A model generated the notes under the pieces. It searched no databases and was not told the DNA's origin. It was given only the letters and a program-made list of their open reading frames with translations. Source: Eledone cirrhosa (taxonomy: Eukaryota). Taken from it: a DNA stretch of 64,000 nucleotides. The stretch lies in contig OZ024741.1 in NCBI GenBank assembly GCA_964016885.1, forward strand, positions 39,432,001 to 39,496,000. The letters run 5' to 3'. Each line of letters starts with the position of its first letter. Within the stretch, counting starts at the first letter, position 1. Position numbers and translations under genes: made by a program. Shown one piece after another: positions 11,633 to 26,500 of this stretch.

Positions 11633-12011
11633 AAAAAGAGATGAAATCGAAAATGCAAATGGAGTCTTATTTATTTATTTATTTATTTTTTTTTAAATAT
11701 ATATATTTATTTGGTTCCTTTACCGGTTTCGCAGTTCTTCTGCTTTTCAAAAGGTGAGTTGAGATGGAGGGTCTGTGGTTTTTCTCACATCTGTGAGAAA
11801 AACCACAGACCCTCCATCTCAACTCACCTTTTGAAAAGCAGAAGAACTGCGAAACTGGTAAAGGAACCAAATAAATATATATATTTAAAAAAAAAAAAAA
11901 TAAATAAATAAATAAGACTCCAGTTGCATTTTCGATTTCATCTCTTTTTCTTTATACTTTCACTCGTGTAGGACACCTCGGTTATTTTTCATTTTGTAAA
12001 AAAAACCTCAC

Positions 12012-12018
<7 letters not shown>
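11626..12018. mobile_element. Fold-back insert (~164-bp arms, 2-nt loop, 62-nt tail) with U3-A8 variant hammerheads (11717-11754 minus; 11827-11864 plus)
   Basis: cctt-TTGAAAA-GCAG aagaa CTGC-GAA-AC CG GT-A-aagg; (TA)n on both sides. Confidence 0.85.
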
Positions 12019-12085
<67 letters not shown>

Positions 12086-13360
12086 ATATAGATATATATA
12101 TATATATGTATGTATAAGTATGTTTGTGAGAGAGAGAGAGCGCATGTGTATGTGTGTTTGTATCTGTGCTTACGTTTACTTAAATGTGCTTACGTTTACT
12201 TAACTGTTCAACAAAAAAATCGATAAAATAAATACTAGACATAGAAATAAAATTTGTACTGGGATTGATGATCGACTAAATCTCTCCAAGACAGTAATTT
12301 GCAGCATGGTCGCAGACTAATGGCGGAATCCACTACATTAATAAAAGAATAGTTTCTTGTTATTGAGAATATCTTTGATATAAGAGTGGTCATTGTTATT
12401 TTCTTTTTTGTATAATTTCATCAATTATTTGTATAGTAAATATATTTTCAGTGCCGGTTCGTATGAGATCTTTAGTGTTTTCCGTGGCCCGCCGACTGCC
12501 GCTTTTCCCCGCAAAATCGTGATAGCATCCTGCCTGATGTGGATGAAGATCGGCATTATGGAATAGCTGATGCAGTAAATATATCACAGGTTGTTCTGGC
12601 AACGCTTTCACTGTCACAAGATTGGTTGCAGCTGAGATTTACCGCCTCACCAATGATGCAGAGGATTTCCCGTCTCCATTTCCTTTCTTGTATTTTTGTT
12701 GCAATTAAATAAATAAACTTTATTGGGTGGGAGAGAATTTCTTTATCCTTGCATTACTTTTCTTTCTTCTTTCGGCACCAGGAAGCCTTTTTTTTATCAG
12801 AGAACACCATAATTTTCGTTGGTAAGGGAAAATTTCTAGCGTTTTGTCTATATTTTATCAATTTTTATCAAAATCCACATGGTTTTAACATGGATTATGC
12901 ATTAAATAATTAAGGAAAAAACAGACATGAAAGGCGAAGAAAAAGGAAAAGAAAGGAGAGAAACAAATGAATCTGATTTACTAAGAGAGTGTGTCAAACT
13001 TTCATATTATGAACGTATATATTATGAATAGAAATTTAGACATGCAAAAACGTTAACACGGACAAGATGCAGAATCGGTTTTGTGTCTTTATAGATGAAG
13101 TAAATTTTTGGCTAACGCTATAACTATATATTTTGGGCTCAGTGATTCTTTGATTTTTCTTACATAATTTTTCTTGATAATAAATTATCTATCCTGTTTT
13201 GTTTGTTCTTGTAATTGTTATATGTGTTTGTTTCAGCACCATTACAACGAGGACATTTTTGTATATGTGTATATCAATCTGACTCACTTACTCCACGAAT
13301 GCTCAAACTGGTGATCCAATAATAACTTAAAGTTACACACCAATAAACTGTATATATATA

Positions 13361-13431
<71 letters not shown>

Positions 13432-14235
13432 GTGTGTACAGTTACAGGTGGCGCGCCGTTCAAAGCATTCAATGGTGTTAAGATGTCCGTCTCGTGTGGG
13501 TTGTATTCCAGAGTAAAGCAGCTGTTGTGTGCAGAGTGTATATACAGTATGTAGAAGCGAAGTAAGTGTTGCAGTATATATACAAACTTTAATGGCATAT
13601 TACAATTGTTTCGCTATCGATCAGCTCAGAGTACAATCAAAATGACTGGACTCGAATCTTCTTCGACATCTCATCAGATATGCGAGTTTATATGTGCAAA
13701 GACACATCTAAACTATATATGTTTGTGTGAATGCGTGTGTCTGTGTGTGTGAATGCGTGTGTCTGTGTGTGTCTGTCTGCTTGTGTGTGTGTGTGTGTGT
13801 GTACATTGACATATATATATATTTAGAGAGAGATACACAAACGCACACACAGACACACACACTCACACAAGCACACTAACAAAAGCACACAGGGAAAACA
13901 AAAGGCAACATAATAAAGTGAAGTGGCTTAAGACAATTTCAATTGCAGTTCCCTCCCCCTGTTTGAAGTGTGGGATCAAGGAAAGGTGTGTCACACACGG
14001 TACACTAGTGCCCTTTATTCACTAACCCCTACATACACTAGAGCAATCCCTTTTCTTCAAGAACCCCCTAAATATATTAGAGAGGGAGCAAGCCTTTTCT
14101 ACACTAAGCCCACTCACCACCCCTCCCCTCAAACATCTTCACTGAATTTCATTTTTTTTGTACCTTGTTCTACATATAGCTTTGTGATTGTTTTTAGTGT
14201 TGTTGTTGTTGTGGTGGTGGTGGTGGCGGTGGTTT

Positions 14236-14251
14236 CTACTTCTTCTTCCAC

Positions 14252-14283
<32 letters not shown>

Positions 14284-14384
14284 CTTCTTCTTCTTCTTCT
14301 TCTTCTTCTTCTTCTTCTTCTTCTTCTTCTTCTTCTTCTTCTTCTTCTTCTTCTTCTTCTTCTTCTTCTTCTTCTTCTTCTTCC
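14236..14384. repeat. (CTT)n microsatellite
   Basis: About 48 CTT units. Confidence 0.97.
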
Positions 14385-14581
14385 TCACTTATTCCTCCAT
14401 ATTAAATACCTCCAAAAGTCCTACACCATCAGCCACAGGATTAATACCTCATCTTCCACAACATACAAACTTGCCTCCATCCAATTTCCGTACTGTTACC
14501 TTTGAAGACACATTCTATTGTATTAATTTCTTTACATTTAGTCTACTGTTTGATTTCACTCTCTTTGTTTGTCTTTGTATT

Positions 14582-17500
14582 TATTATTGTTACTGTTGTT
14601 GTTGTTGTTATTACTGTTGTTACTGTTATTGTTGTTATTGTTACTGTTGTTGTTGTTGTTACTGTTGTTGTTGTTGTTGTTACTGTTGTTGTTGTTGTTG
14701 TTACTGTTGTTACTGTTGTTGTTATGACTGTTGTTACTATGATTGCTGTTATTATTACTTTTGTTGTTGTTGTTGTTATTGTTATTGTTATTTTTGTTAC
14801 TGTTACTGCTGTTATTGTTACTGCTGTTATTGTTACTGCTGTTATTGTTACTGCTGTTATTGTTACTGTTGTTATTGTTACTGTTGTTACTGTTACTGCT
14901 GTTATTGTTACTGTTGTTATTGTTACTGCTGTTATTGTTACTGTTGTTATTGTTACTGTTGTTATTGTTACTGCTGTTATTGTTACTGCTGTTATTGTTA
15001 CTGTTGTTATTGTTACTGCTGTTATTGTTATTGTTGTTATTGTTACTGTTGTTATTGTTACTGCTGTTATTGTTACTGTTGTTATTGTTACTGCTGTTAT
15101 TGTTACTGTTGTTATTGTTACTGCTGTTATTGTTATTGTTGTTATTGTTACTGTTGTTATTGTTATTGTTGTTATTGTTATTGTTGTTATTGTTACTGCT
15201 GTTATTGTTACTGCTGTTATTGTTACTGCTGTTATTGTTACTGTTGTTATTGTTACTGTTGTTATTGTTACTGCTGTTATTGTTATTGTTGTTATTGTTA
15301 CTGCTGTTATTGTTACTGCTGTTATTGTTACTGCTGTTATTGTTACTGTTGTTATTGTTACTGCTGTTATTGTTACTGCTGTTATTGTTACTGTTGTTAT
15401 TGTTACTGCTGTTATTGTTACTGTTGTTATTGTTACTGTTGTTATTGTTATTGCTGTTATTGTTACTGCTGTTATTGTTACTGCTGTTATTGTTACTGCT
15501 GTTATTGTTACTGCTGTTATTGTTACTGCTGTTATTGTTACTGTTGTTATTGTTACTGTTGTTATTGTTACTGCTGTTATTGTTATTGCTGTTATTGTTA
15601 CTGTTGTTATTGTTACTGTTGTTATTGTTACTGCTGTTATTGTTACTGTTGTTATTGTTACTGTTGTTATTGTTATTGTTGTTATTGTTATTGTTGTTAT
15701 TGTTATTGTTGTTAATGTTACTGTTGTTATTGTTACTGTTGTTATTGTTATTGTTGTTATTGTTATTGTTGTTATTGTTACTGCTGTTATTGTTACTGTT
15801 GTTATTGTTACTGTTGTTATTGTTATTGTTGTTATTGATACTGTTGTTATTGTTATTGTTGTTATTGTTACTGTTGTTATTGTTACTGCTGTTATTGTTA
15901 CTGTTGTTATTGTTACTGCTGTTATTGTTACTGCTGTTATTGTTACTGTTGTTATTGTTACTGTTGTTATTGTTACTATTGTTATTGTTACTGCTGTTAT
16001 TGTTATTGTTGTTATTGTTACTGTTGTTATTGTTACTGTTGTTATTGTTACTGTTGTTATTGTTACTGTTGTTATTGTTACTGCTGTTATTGTTACTGTT
16101 GTTATTGTTACTGTTGTTATTGTTACTGTTGTTATTGTTACTGTTGTTATTGTTACTGATGTTATTGTTACTGTTGTTATTGTTACTGTTGTTATTGTTA
16201 TTGTTGTTACTGTTACTGCTGTTATTGTTACTGTTGTTATTGTTATTGTTGTTATTGTTACTGTTGTTATTGTTACTGCTGTTATTGTTACTGCTGTTAT
16301 TGTTAATGTTGTTATTGTTACTGTTGTTATTGTTACTTTTGTTATTGTTACTGTTGTTATTGTTACTGTTGTTATTGTTACTGTTGTTATTGTTACTGCT
16401 GTTATTGTTACTGCTGTTATTGTTATTGTTGTTATTGTTACTGTTGTTATTGTTACTGTTGTTATTGTTACTGCTGTTATTGTTACTGCTGTTATTGTTA
16501 CTGTTGTTATTGTTATTGTTGTTATTGTTACTGCTGTTATTGTTACTGTTGTTATTGTTACTGTTGTTATTGTTACTGCTGTTATTGTTACTGTTGTTAT
16601 TGTTACTGCTGTTATTGTTACTGTTGTTATTGTTACTGTTGTTATTGTTATTGTTGTTATTGTTACTGCTGTTATTGTTACTGTTGTTATTGTTACTGCT
16701 GTTATTGTTACTGCTGTTATTGTTACTGTTGTTATTGTTACTGTTGTTATTGTTACTGTTGTTATTGTTACTGTTGTTATTGTTATTGTTGTTATTGTTA
16801 CTGCTGTTATTGTTACTGCTGTTATTGTTACTGCTGTTATTGTTACTGCTGTTATTGTTACTGTTGTTATTGTTACTGCTGTTATTGTTACTGCTGTTAT
16901 TGTTATTGTTGTTATTGTTACTGTTGTTATCGTTACTGTTGTTATTGTTATTGTTGTTATTGTTACTGCTGTTATTGTTACTGCTGTTATTGTTACTGTT
17001 GTTATTGTTACTGTTGTTATTGTTATTGTTGTTATTGTTACTGCTGTTATTGTTACTGCTGTTATTGTTACTGTTGTTATTGTTACTGTTGTTATTGTTA
17101 CTGTTGTTATTGTTACTGTTGTTATTGTTACTGCTGTTATTGTTACTGCTGTTATTGTTACTGTTGTTATTGTTACTGTTGTTATTGTTACTGTTGTTAT
17201 TGTTACTGCTGTTATTGTTACTGTTGTTATTGTTACTGTTGTTATTGTTATTGTTGTTATTGTTACTGCTGTTATTGTTACTGCTGTTATTGTTACTGCT
17301 GTTATTGTTACTGCTGTTATTGTTACTGCTGTTATTGTTACTGTTGTTATTGTTATTGTTGTTATTGTTACTGTTGTTATTGTTACTGTTGTTATTGTTA
17401 CTGTTGTTATTGTTACTGCTGTTATTGTTACTGTTGTTATTGTTACTGTTGTTATTGTTACTGCTGTTATTGTTACTGCTGTTATTGTTACTGTTGTTAT

Positions 17501-20500
17501 TGTTACTGTTGTTATTGTTACTGTTGTTATTGTTACTGCTGTTATTGTTACTGTTGTTATTGTTACTGCTGTTATTGTTACTGTTGTTATTGTTACTGTT
17601 GTTATTGTTACTGTTGTTATTGTTACTGTTGTTATTGTTACTGCTGTTATTGTTACTGCTGTTATTGTTACTGTTGTTATTGTTACTGTTGTTATTGTTA
17701 CTGTTGTTATTGTTACTGCTGTTATTGTTACTGTTGTTATTGTTACTGTTGTTATTGTTATTGTTGTTATTGTTACTGCTGTTATTGTTACTGCTGTTAT
17801 TGTTACTGCTGTTATTGTTACTGCTGTTATTGTTACTGTTGTTATTGTTACTGTTGTTATTGTTACTGCTGTTATTGTTATTGTTGTTATTGTTACTGCT
17901 GTTATTGTTACTGCTGTTATTGTTACTGCTGTTATTGTTACTGTTGTTATTGTTACTGCTGTTATTGTTACTGCTGTTATTGTTACTGTTGTTATTGTTA
18001 CTGCTGTTATTGTTACTGTTGTTATTGTTACTGTTGTTATTGTTATTGCTGTTATTGTTACTGCTGTTATTGTTACTGCTGTTATTGTTACTGCTGTTAT
18101 TGTTACTGCTGTTATTGTTACTGCTGTTATTGTTACTGTTGTTATTGTTACTGTTGTTATTGTTACTGCTGTTATTGTTATTGCTGTTATTGTTACTGTT
18201 GTTATTGTTACTGTTGTTATTGTTACTGTTGTTATTGTTACTGCTGTTATTGTTACTGCTGTTATTGTTACTGCTGTTATTGTTACTGTTGTTATTGTTA
18301 CTGTTGTTATTGTTACTGCTGTTATAGTTACTGTTGTTATTGTTACTGTTGTTATTGTTATTGCTGTTATTGTTACTGTTGTTATTGTTACTGTTGTTAT
18401 TGTTACTGCTGTTATTGTTATTGTTGTTATTGTTACTGCTGTTATTGTTATTGTTGTTATTGTTACTGCTGTTATTGTTACTGTTGTTATTGTTATTGCT
18501 GTTATTGTTACTGCTGTTATTGTTATTGTTGTTATTGTTACTGCTGTTATTGTTACTGCTGTTATTGTTATTGTTGTTATTGTTATTGTTGTTATTGTTA
18601 CTGCTGTTATTGTTACTGTTGTTATTGTTACTGTTATTATTGTTATTGCTGTTATTGTTACTGTTGTTATTGTTACTGTTGTTATCGTTATTGCTGTTAT
18701 TGTTACTGTTGTTATTGTTACTGTTGTTATTGTTACTGTTGTTATTGTTACTGCTGTTATTGTTACTGTTGTTATTGTTACTGCTGTTATTGTTACTGTT
18801 GTTATTGTTACTGTTGTTATTGTTATTGCTGTTATTGTTACTGCTGTTATTGTTACTGTTGTTATTGTTATTGCTGTTATTGTTACTGTTGTTATTGTTA
18901 CTGCTGTTATTGTTACTGTTGTTATTGTTACTGCTGTTATTGTTACTGTTGTTATTGTTATTGCTGTTATTGTTACTGTTGTTATTGTTACTGTTGTTAT
19001 TGTTATTGTTATTGTTGTTATTGTTATTGTTGTTATTGTTACTGCTGTTATTGTTACTGTTGTTATTGTTACTGCTGTTATTGTTACTGCTGTTATTGTT
19101 ACTGTTGTTATTGTTACTGCTGTTATTGTTACTGCTGTTATTGTTACTGTTGTTATTGTTATTGCTGTTATTGTTACTGTTGTTATTGTTACTGTTGTTA
19201 TTGTTATTGTTATTGTTGTTATTGTTATTGTTGTTAATGTTACTGTTGTTATTGTTACTGTTGTTATTGTTATTGTTGTTATTGTTACTGTTGTTACTGT
19301 TACTGTTGTTATTGTTACTGTTGTTATTGTTACTGTTGTTATTGTTACTGCTGTTATTGTTAATGTTGTTATTGTTACTGTTGTTATTGTTATTGTTGTT
19401 ATTGTTACTGTTGTTACTGTTACTGTTGTTATTGTTACTGTTGTTATTGTTACTGTTGTTATTGTTACTGCTGTTATTGTTACTGTTGTTATTGTTACTG
19501 TTGTTATTGTTACTGCTGTTATTGTTACTGCTGTTATTGTTACTGTTGTTATTGTTATTGCTGTTATTGTTACTGTTGTTACTGTTACTGTTGTTATTGT
19601 TACTGTTGTTATTGTTACTGCTGTTATTGTTACTGTTGTTATTGTTACTGTTGTTATTGTTACTGTTGTTATTGTTACTGCTGTTATTGTTACTGTTGTT
19701 ATTGTTACTGTTGTCATTGTTATTGTTGTTATTGATACTGTTGTTATTGTTATTGTTGTTATTGTTACTGTTGTTATTGTTACTGCTGTTATTGTTACTG
19801 TTGTTATTGTTACTGCTGTTATTGTTACTGCTGTTATTGTTACTGTTGTTATTGTTACTGTTGTTATTGTTACTATTGTTATTGTTACTGCTGTTATTGT
19901 TATTGTTGTTATTGTTACTGTTGTTATTGTTACTGTTGTTATTGTTACTGTTGTTATTGTTACTGTTGTTATTGTTACTGCTGTTATTGTTACTGTTGTT
20001 ATTGTTACTGTTGTTATTGTTACTGTTGTTATTGTTACTGTTGTTATTGTTACTGATGTTATTGTTACTGTTGTTATTGTTACTGTTGTTATTGTTATTG
20101 TTGTTACTGTTACTGCTGTTATTGTTACTGTTGTTATTGTTATTGTTGTTATTGTTACTGTTGTTATTGTTACTGCTGTTATTGTTACTGCTGTTATTGT
20201 TAATGTTGTTATTGTTACTGTTGTTATTGTTACTTTTGTTATTGTTACTGTTGTTATTGTTACTGTTGTTATTGTTACTGTTGTTATTGTTACTGTTGTT
20301 ATTGTTACTATTGTTATTGTTACTGCTGTTATTGTTATTGTTGTTATTGTTACTGTTGTTATTGTTACTGTTGTTATTGTTACTGTTGTTATTGTTACTG
20401 TTGTTATTGTTACTGCTGTTATTGTTACTGTTGTTATTGTTACTGTTGTTATTGTTACTTTTGTTATTGTTACTGTTGTTATTGTTACTGATGTTATTGT

Positions 20501-23500
20501 TACTGTTGTTATTGTTACTGTTGTTATTGTTATTGTTGTTACTGTTACTGCTGTTATTGTTACTGCTGTTATTGTTACTGCTGTTATTGTTACTGCTGTT
20601 ATTGTTAATGTTGTTATTGTTACTGTTGTTATTGTTACTTTTGTTATTGTTACTGTTGTTATTGTTACTGTTGTTATTGTTATTGTTGTTACTGTTACTG
20701 CTGTTATTGTTACTGCTGTTATTGTTACTGCTGTTATTGTTACTGCTGTTATTGTTAATGTTGTTATTGTTACTGTTGTTATTGTTACTTTTGTTATTGT
20801 TACTGTTGTTATTGTTACTGTTGTTATTGTTACTGTTGTTATTGTTATTGTTGTTATTGTTACTGTTGTTATTGTTACTGCTGTTATTGTTACTGCTGTT
20901 ATTCTTAATGTTTTTATTGTTACTGCTGTTATTGTTACTGTTGTTATTGTTACTGTTGTTATTGTTATTGTTGTTATTGTTACTGCTGTTATTGTTACTG
21001 TTGTTATTGTTACTGTTGTTACTGTTACTGCTATTATTGTTACTGTTGTTATTGTTACTGTTGTTATTGTTATTGTTATTGCTGTTATTGTTATTGCTGT
21101 TATTGTTATTGTTGTTATTGTTACTGTTATTATTGTTGCTGCTGTTATTGTTACTGTTGTTATTGTTACTGTTGTTATTGTTACTGTTGTTATTGTTACT
21201 GTTGTTATTGTTACTGTTGTTATTGTTATTGCTGTTATTGTTATTGTTGTTATTGTTACTGTTATTATTGTTGCTGCTGTTATTGTTAGAGTTGTTATTG
21301 TTGTTATTGTTGTTATTGTTACTGCTGTTATTGTTACTGCTGTTATTGTTACTGTTGTTACTGTTGTTATTGTTGTTATTGTTACTGCTGTTATTGTTAC
21401 TGCTGTTATTGTTACTGCTGTTATTGTTACTGTTGTTATTGTTACTGTTGTTATTGTTACTGTTGTTACTGTTACTGTTGTTATTGTTACTGTTGTTATT
21501 GTTACTGCTGTTATTGTTACTGTTGTTATTGTTACTGTTGTTATTGTTACTGTTGTTATTGTTACTGCTGTTATTGTTACTGTTGTTATTGTTACTGTTG
21601 TTATTGTTACTGTTGTTATTGTTACTGTTGTTACTGTTACTGTTGTTATTGTTACTGTTGTTATTGTTACTGCTGTTATTGTTACTGTTGTTATTGTTAC
21701 TGCTGTTATTGTTACTGTTGTTATTGTTACTGTTGTTATTGTTACTCTTGTTATTGTTACTGCTGTTATTGTTACTGCTGTTATTGTTACTGCTGTTATT
21801 GTTACTGTTGTTATTGTTACTGTTGTTATTGTTACTGTTGTTATTGTTACTGTTGTTATTGTTACTGCTGTTATTGTTACTGTTGTTATTGTTACTGCTG
21901 TTATTGTTACTGTTGTTATTGTTACTGTTGTTATTGTTACTGTTGTTATTGTTACTGTTGTTATTGTTACTGCTGTTATTGTTACTGTTGTTACTGTTAC
22001 TGTTGTTATTGTTACTGTTGTTATTGTTACTGTTGTTATTGTTACTGTTGTTATTGTTACTGTTGTTATTGTTACTGTTGTTATTGTTACTGTTGTTATT
22101 GTTACTGTTGTTATTGTTACTGTTGTTATTGTTACTGTTGTTATTGTTACTGTTGTTATTGTTACTGCTGTTATTGTTACTGCTGTTATTGTTACTGTTG
22201 TTATTGTTACTGTTGTTATTGTTACTGTTGTTATTGTTACTGTTGTTATTGTTACTGTTGTTATTGTTACTGTTGTTATTGTTACTGCTGTTATTGTTAC
22301 TGTTGTTATTGTTACTGTTGTTATTGTTACTGTTGTTATTGTTACTGTTGTTATTGTTACTGCTGTTATTGTTACTGTTGTTATTGTTACTGTTGTTATT
22401 GTTACTGTTGTTATTGTTACTGTTGTTATTGTTATTGTTGTTATTGTTACTGTTGTTATTGTTACTGCTGTTATTGTTACTGCTGTTATTGTTAATGTTG
22501 TTATTGTTACTGTTGTTATTGTTACTGCTGTTATTGTTACTGCTGTTATTGTTACTGTTGTTACTGTTGTTACTGTTGTTATTGTTATTGTTGTTATTGT
22601 TACTGTTGTTACTGTTACTGTTGTTATTGTTACTGTTGTTATTGTTACTGTTGTTATTGTTACTGCTGTTATTGTTAATGTTGTTATTGTTACTGTTGTT
22701 ATTGTTATTGTTGTTATTGTTACTGTTGTTACTGTTACTGTTGTTATTGTTACTGTTGTTATTGTTACTGTTGTTATTGTTACTGCTGTTATTGTTACTG
22801 TTGTTATTGTTACTGTTGTTATTGTTACTGCTGTTATTGTTACTGCTGTTATTGTTACTGTTGTTATTGTTATTGCTGTTATTGTTACTGTTGTTACTGT
22901 TACTGTTGTTATTGTTACTGTTGTTATTGTTACTGCTGTTATTGTTACTGTTGTTATTGTTACTGTTGTTATTGTTACTGTTGTTATTGTTACTGCTGTT
23001 ATTGTTACTGTTGTTATTGTTACTGTTGTTATTGTTATTGTTGTTATTGATACTGTTGTTATTGTTATTGTTGTTATTGTTACTGTTGTTATTGTTACTG
23101 CTGTTATTGTTACTGTTGTTATTGTTACTGCTGTTATTGTTACTGCTGTTATTGTTACTGTTGTTATTGTTACTGTTGTTATTGTTACTATTGTTATTGT
23201 TACTGCTGTTATTGTTATTGTTGTTATTGTTACTGTTGTTATTGTTACTGTTGTTATTGTTACTGTTGTTATTGTTACTGTTGTTATTGTTACTGCTGTT
23301 ATTGTTACTGTTGTTATTGTTACTGTTGTTATTGTTACTGTTGTTATTGTTACTGTTGTTATTGTTACTGATGTTATTGTTACTGTTGTTATTGTTACTG
23401 TTGTTATTGTTACTGTTGTTATTGTTACTGTTGTTATTGTTATTGTTGTTATTGTTACTGTTGTTATTGTTACTGCTGTTATTGTTACTGCTGTTATTGT

Positions 23501-26500
23501 TAATGTTGTTATTGTTACTGTTGTTATTGTTACTTTTGTTATTGTTACTGTTGTTATTGTTACTGTTGTTATTGTTACTGTTGTTATTGTTATTGTTGTT
23601 ATTGTTACTGTTGTTATTGTTACTGCTGTTATTGTTACTGCTGTTATTCTTAATGTTTTTATTGTTACTGCTGTTATTGTTACTGTTGTTATTGTTACTG
23701 TTGTTATTGTTATTGTTGTTATTGTTACTGCTGTTATTGTTACTGTTGTTATTGTTACTGTTGTTACTGTTACTGCTATTATTATTACTGTTGTTATTGT
23801 TACTGTTGTTATTGTTATTGCTGTTATTGTTATTGCTGTTATTGTTATTGTTGTTATTGTTACTGTTATTATTGTTGCTGCTGTTATTGTTACTGTTGTT
23901 ATTGTTACTGTTGTTATTGTTACTGTTGTTATTGTTACTGTTGTTATTGTTACTGTTGTTATTGTTATTGCTGTTATTGTTATTGTTGTTATTGTTACTG
24001 TTATTATTGTTGCTGCTGTTATTGTTAGAGTTGTTATTGTTGTTATTGTTGTTATTGTTACTGCTGTTATTGTTACTGCTGTTATTGTTACTGTTGTTAC
24101 TGTTGTTATTGTTGTTATTGTTACTGCTGTTATTGTTACTGCTGTTATTGTTACTGCTGTTATTGTTACTGTTGTTATTGTTACTGTTGTTATTGTTACT
24201 GTTGTTACTGTTACTGTTGTTATTGTTACTGTTGTTATTGTTACTGCTGTTATTGTTACTGTTGTTATTGTTACTGTTGTTATTGTTACTGTTGTTATTG
24301 TTACTGCTGTTATTGTTACTGTTGTTATTGTTACTGTTGTTATTGTTACTGTTGTTATTGTTACTGTTGTTACTGTTACTGTTGTTATTGTTACTGCTGT
24401 TATTGTTACTGCTGTTATTGTTACTGCTGTTATTGTTACTGTTGTTATTGTTACTGTTGTTATTGTTACTGTTGTTATTGTTACTGTTGTTATTGTTACT
24501 GCTGTTATTGTTACTGTTGTTATTGTTACTGTTGTTATTGTTACTGTTGTTATTGTTACTGTTGTTATTGTTACTGTTGTTATTGTTACTGCTGTTATTG
24601 TTACTGTTGTTACTGTTACTGTTGTTATTGTTACTGTTGTTATTGTTACTGTTGTTATTGTTACTGTTGTTATTGTTACTGTTGTTATTGTTACTGTTGT
24701 TATTGTTACTGTTGTTATTGTTACTGTTGTTATTGTTACTGTTGTTATTGTTACTGTTGTTATTGTTACTGTTGTTATTGTTACTGCTGTTATTGTTACT
24801 GCTGTTATTGTTACTGTTGTTATTGTTACTGTTGTTATTGTTACTGTTGTTATTGTTACTGTTGTTATTGTTACTGTTGTTATTGTTACTGTTGTTATTG
24901 TTACTGCTGTTATTGTTACTGTTGTTATTGTTACTGTTGTTATTGTTACTGTTGTTATTGTTACTGTTGTTATTGTTACTGCTGTTATTGTTACTGTTGT
25001 TATTGTTACTGTTGTTATTGTTACTGTTGTTATTGTTACTGTTGTTATTGTTATTGTTGTTATTGTTACTGTTGTTATTGTTACTGCTGTTATTGTTACT
25101 GCTGTTATTGTTAATGTTGTTATTGTTACTGTTGTTATTGTTACTGCTGTTATTGTTACTGCTGTTATTGTTACTGTTGTTATTGTTACTGTTGTTATTG
25201 TTATTGCTGTTATTGTTACTGCTGTTATTGTTACTGTTGTTATTGTTACTGTTGTTATTGTTACTGTTGTTATTGTTACTGCTGTTATTGTTACTGCTGT
25301 TATTGTTACTGTTGTTATTGTTACTGTTGTTATTGTTATTGCTGTTATTGTTACTGCTGTTATTGTTACTGTTGTTATTGTTACTGTTGTTATTGTTATT
25401 GCTGTTATTGTTACTGCTGTTATTGTTACTGTTGCTATTGTTAGTGTTGTTATTGTTACTGTTGTTATTGTTACTGCTGTTATTGTTACTGTTGTTATTG
25501 TTACTGTTGTTATTATTACTGGTGTTATTGTTACTGTTGTTATTGTTACTGTTGTTATTGTTATTGCTGTTATTGTTACTGCTGTTATTGTTACTGCTGT
25601 TATTGTTACTGTTGTTATTGTTACTGTTGTTATTGTTACTGCTGTTATTGTTATTGCTGTTATTGTTACTGCTGTTATTGTTACTGTTGTTATTGTTACT
25701 GTTGTTATTGTTACTGCTTTTATTGTTATTGTTGTTATTGTTACTGTTGTTATTGTTACTGTTGTTATTGTTACTGCTGTTATTGTTACTGTTGTTATTG
25801 TTACTGTTGTTATTGTTACTGCTGTTATTGTTACTGTTGTTATTGTTACTGTTGTTATTGTTACTGTTGTTATTGTTACTGTTGTTATTGTTACTGCTGT
25901 TATTGTTACTGTTGTTATTGTTACTGCTGTTATTGTTACTGCTGTCATTGTTACTGTTGTTATTGTTACTGTTGTTATTGTTACTGTTGTTATTGTTACT
26001 GTTGTTATTGTTACTGTTGTTATTGTTATTGCTGTTATTGTTATTGTTGTTATTGTTACTGTTATTATTGTTGCTGCTGTTATTGTTACTGTTGTTATTG
26101 TTGTTATTGTTGTTATTGTTACTGCTGTTATTGTTACTGCTGTTATTGTTACTGCTGTTATTGTTACTGCTGTTATTGTTACTGTTGTTATTGTTACTGT
26201 TGTTACTGTTACTGTTGTTATTGTTATTGCTGTTATTGTTACTGTTGTTATTGTTACTGTTGTTATTGTTACTGCTGTTATTGTTACTGTTGTTATTGTT
26301 ACTGTTGTTATTGTTACTGTTGTTATTGTTATTGCTGTTATTGTTATTGTTGTTATTGTTACTGTTATTATTGTTGCTGCTGTTATTGTTACTGTTGTTA
26401 TTGTTGTTATTGTTGTTATTGTTACTGCTGTTATTGTTACTGCTGTTATTGTTACTGTTGTTATTGTTACTGTTGTTATTGTTACTGTTGTTACTGTTAC

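Noticed and set aside
11679-11911. Identical 63-66 aa ORFs on both strands (likewise 57247-58078)
   Set aside because: They result from the palindromic DNA, not from genes.
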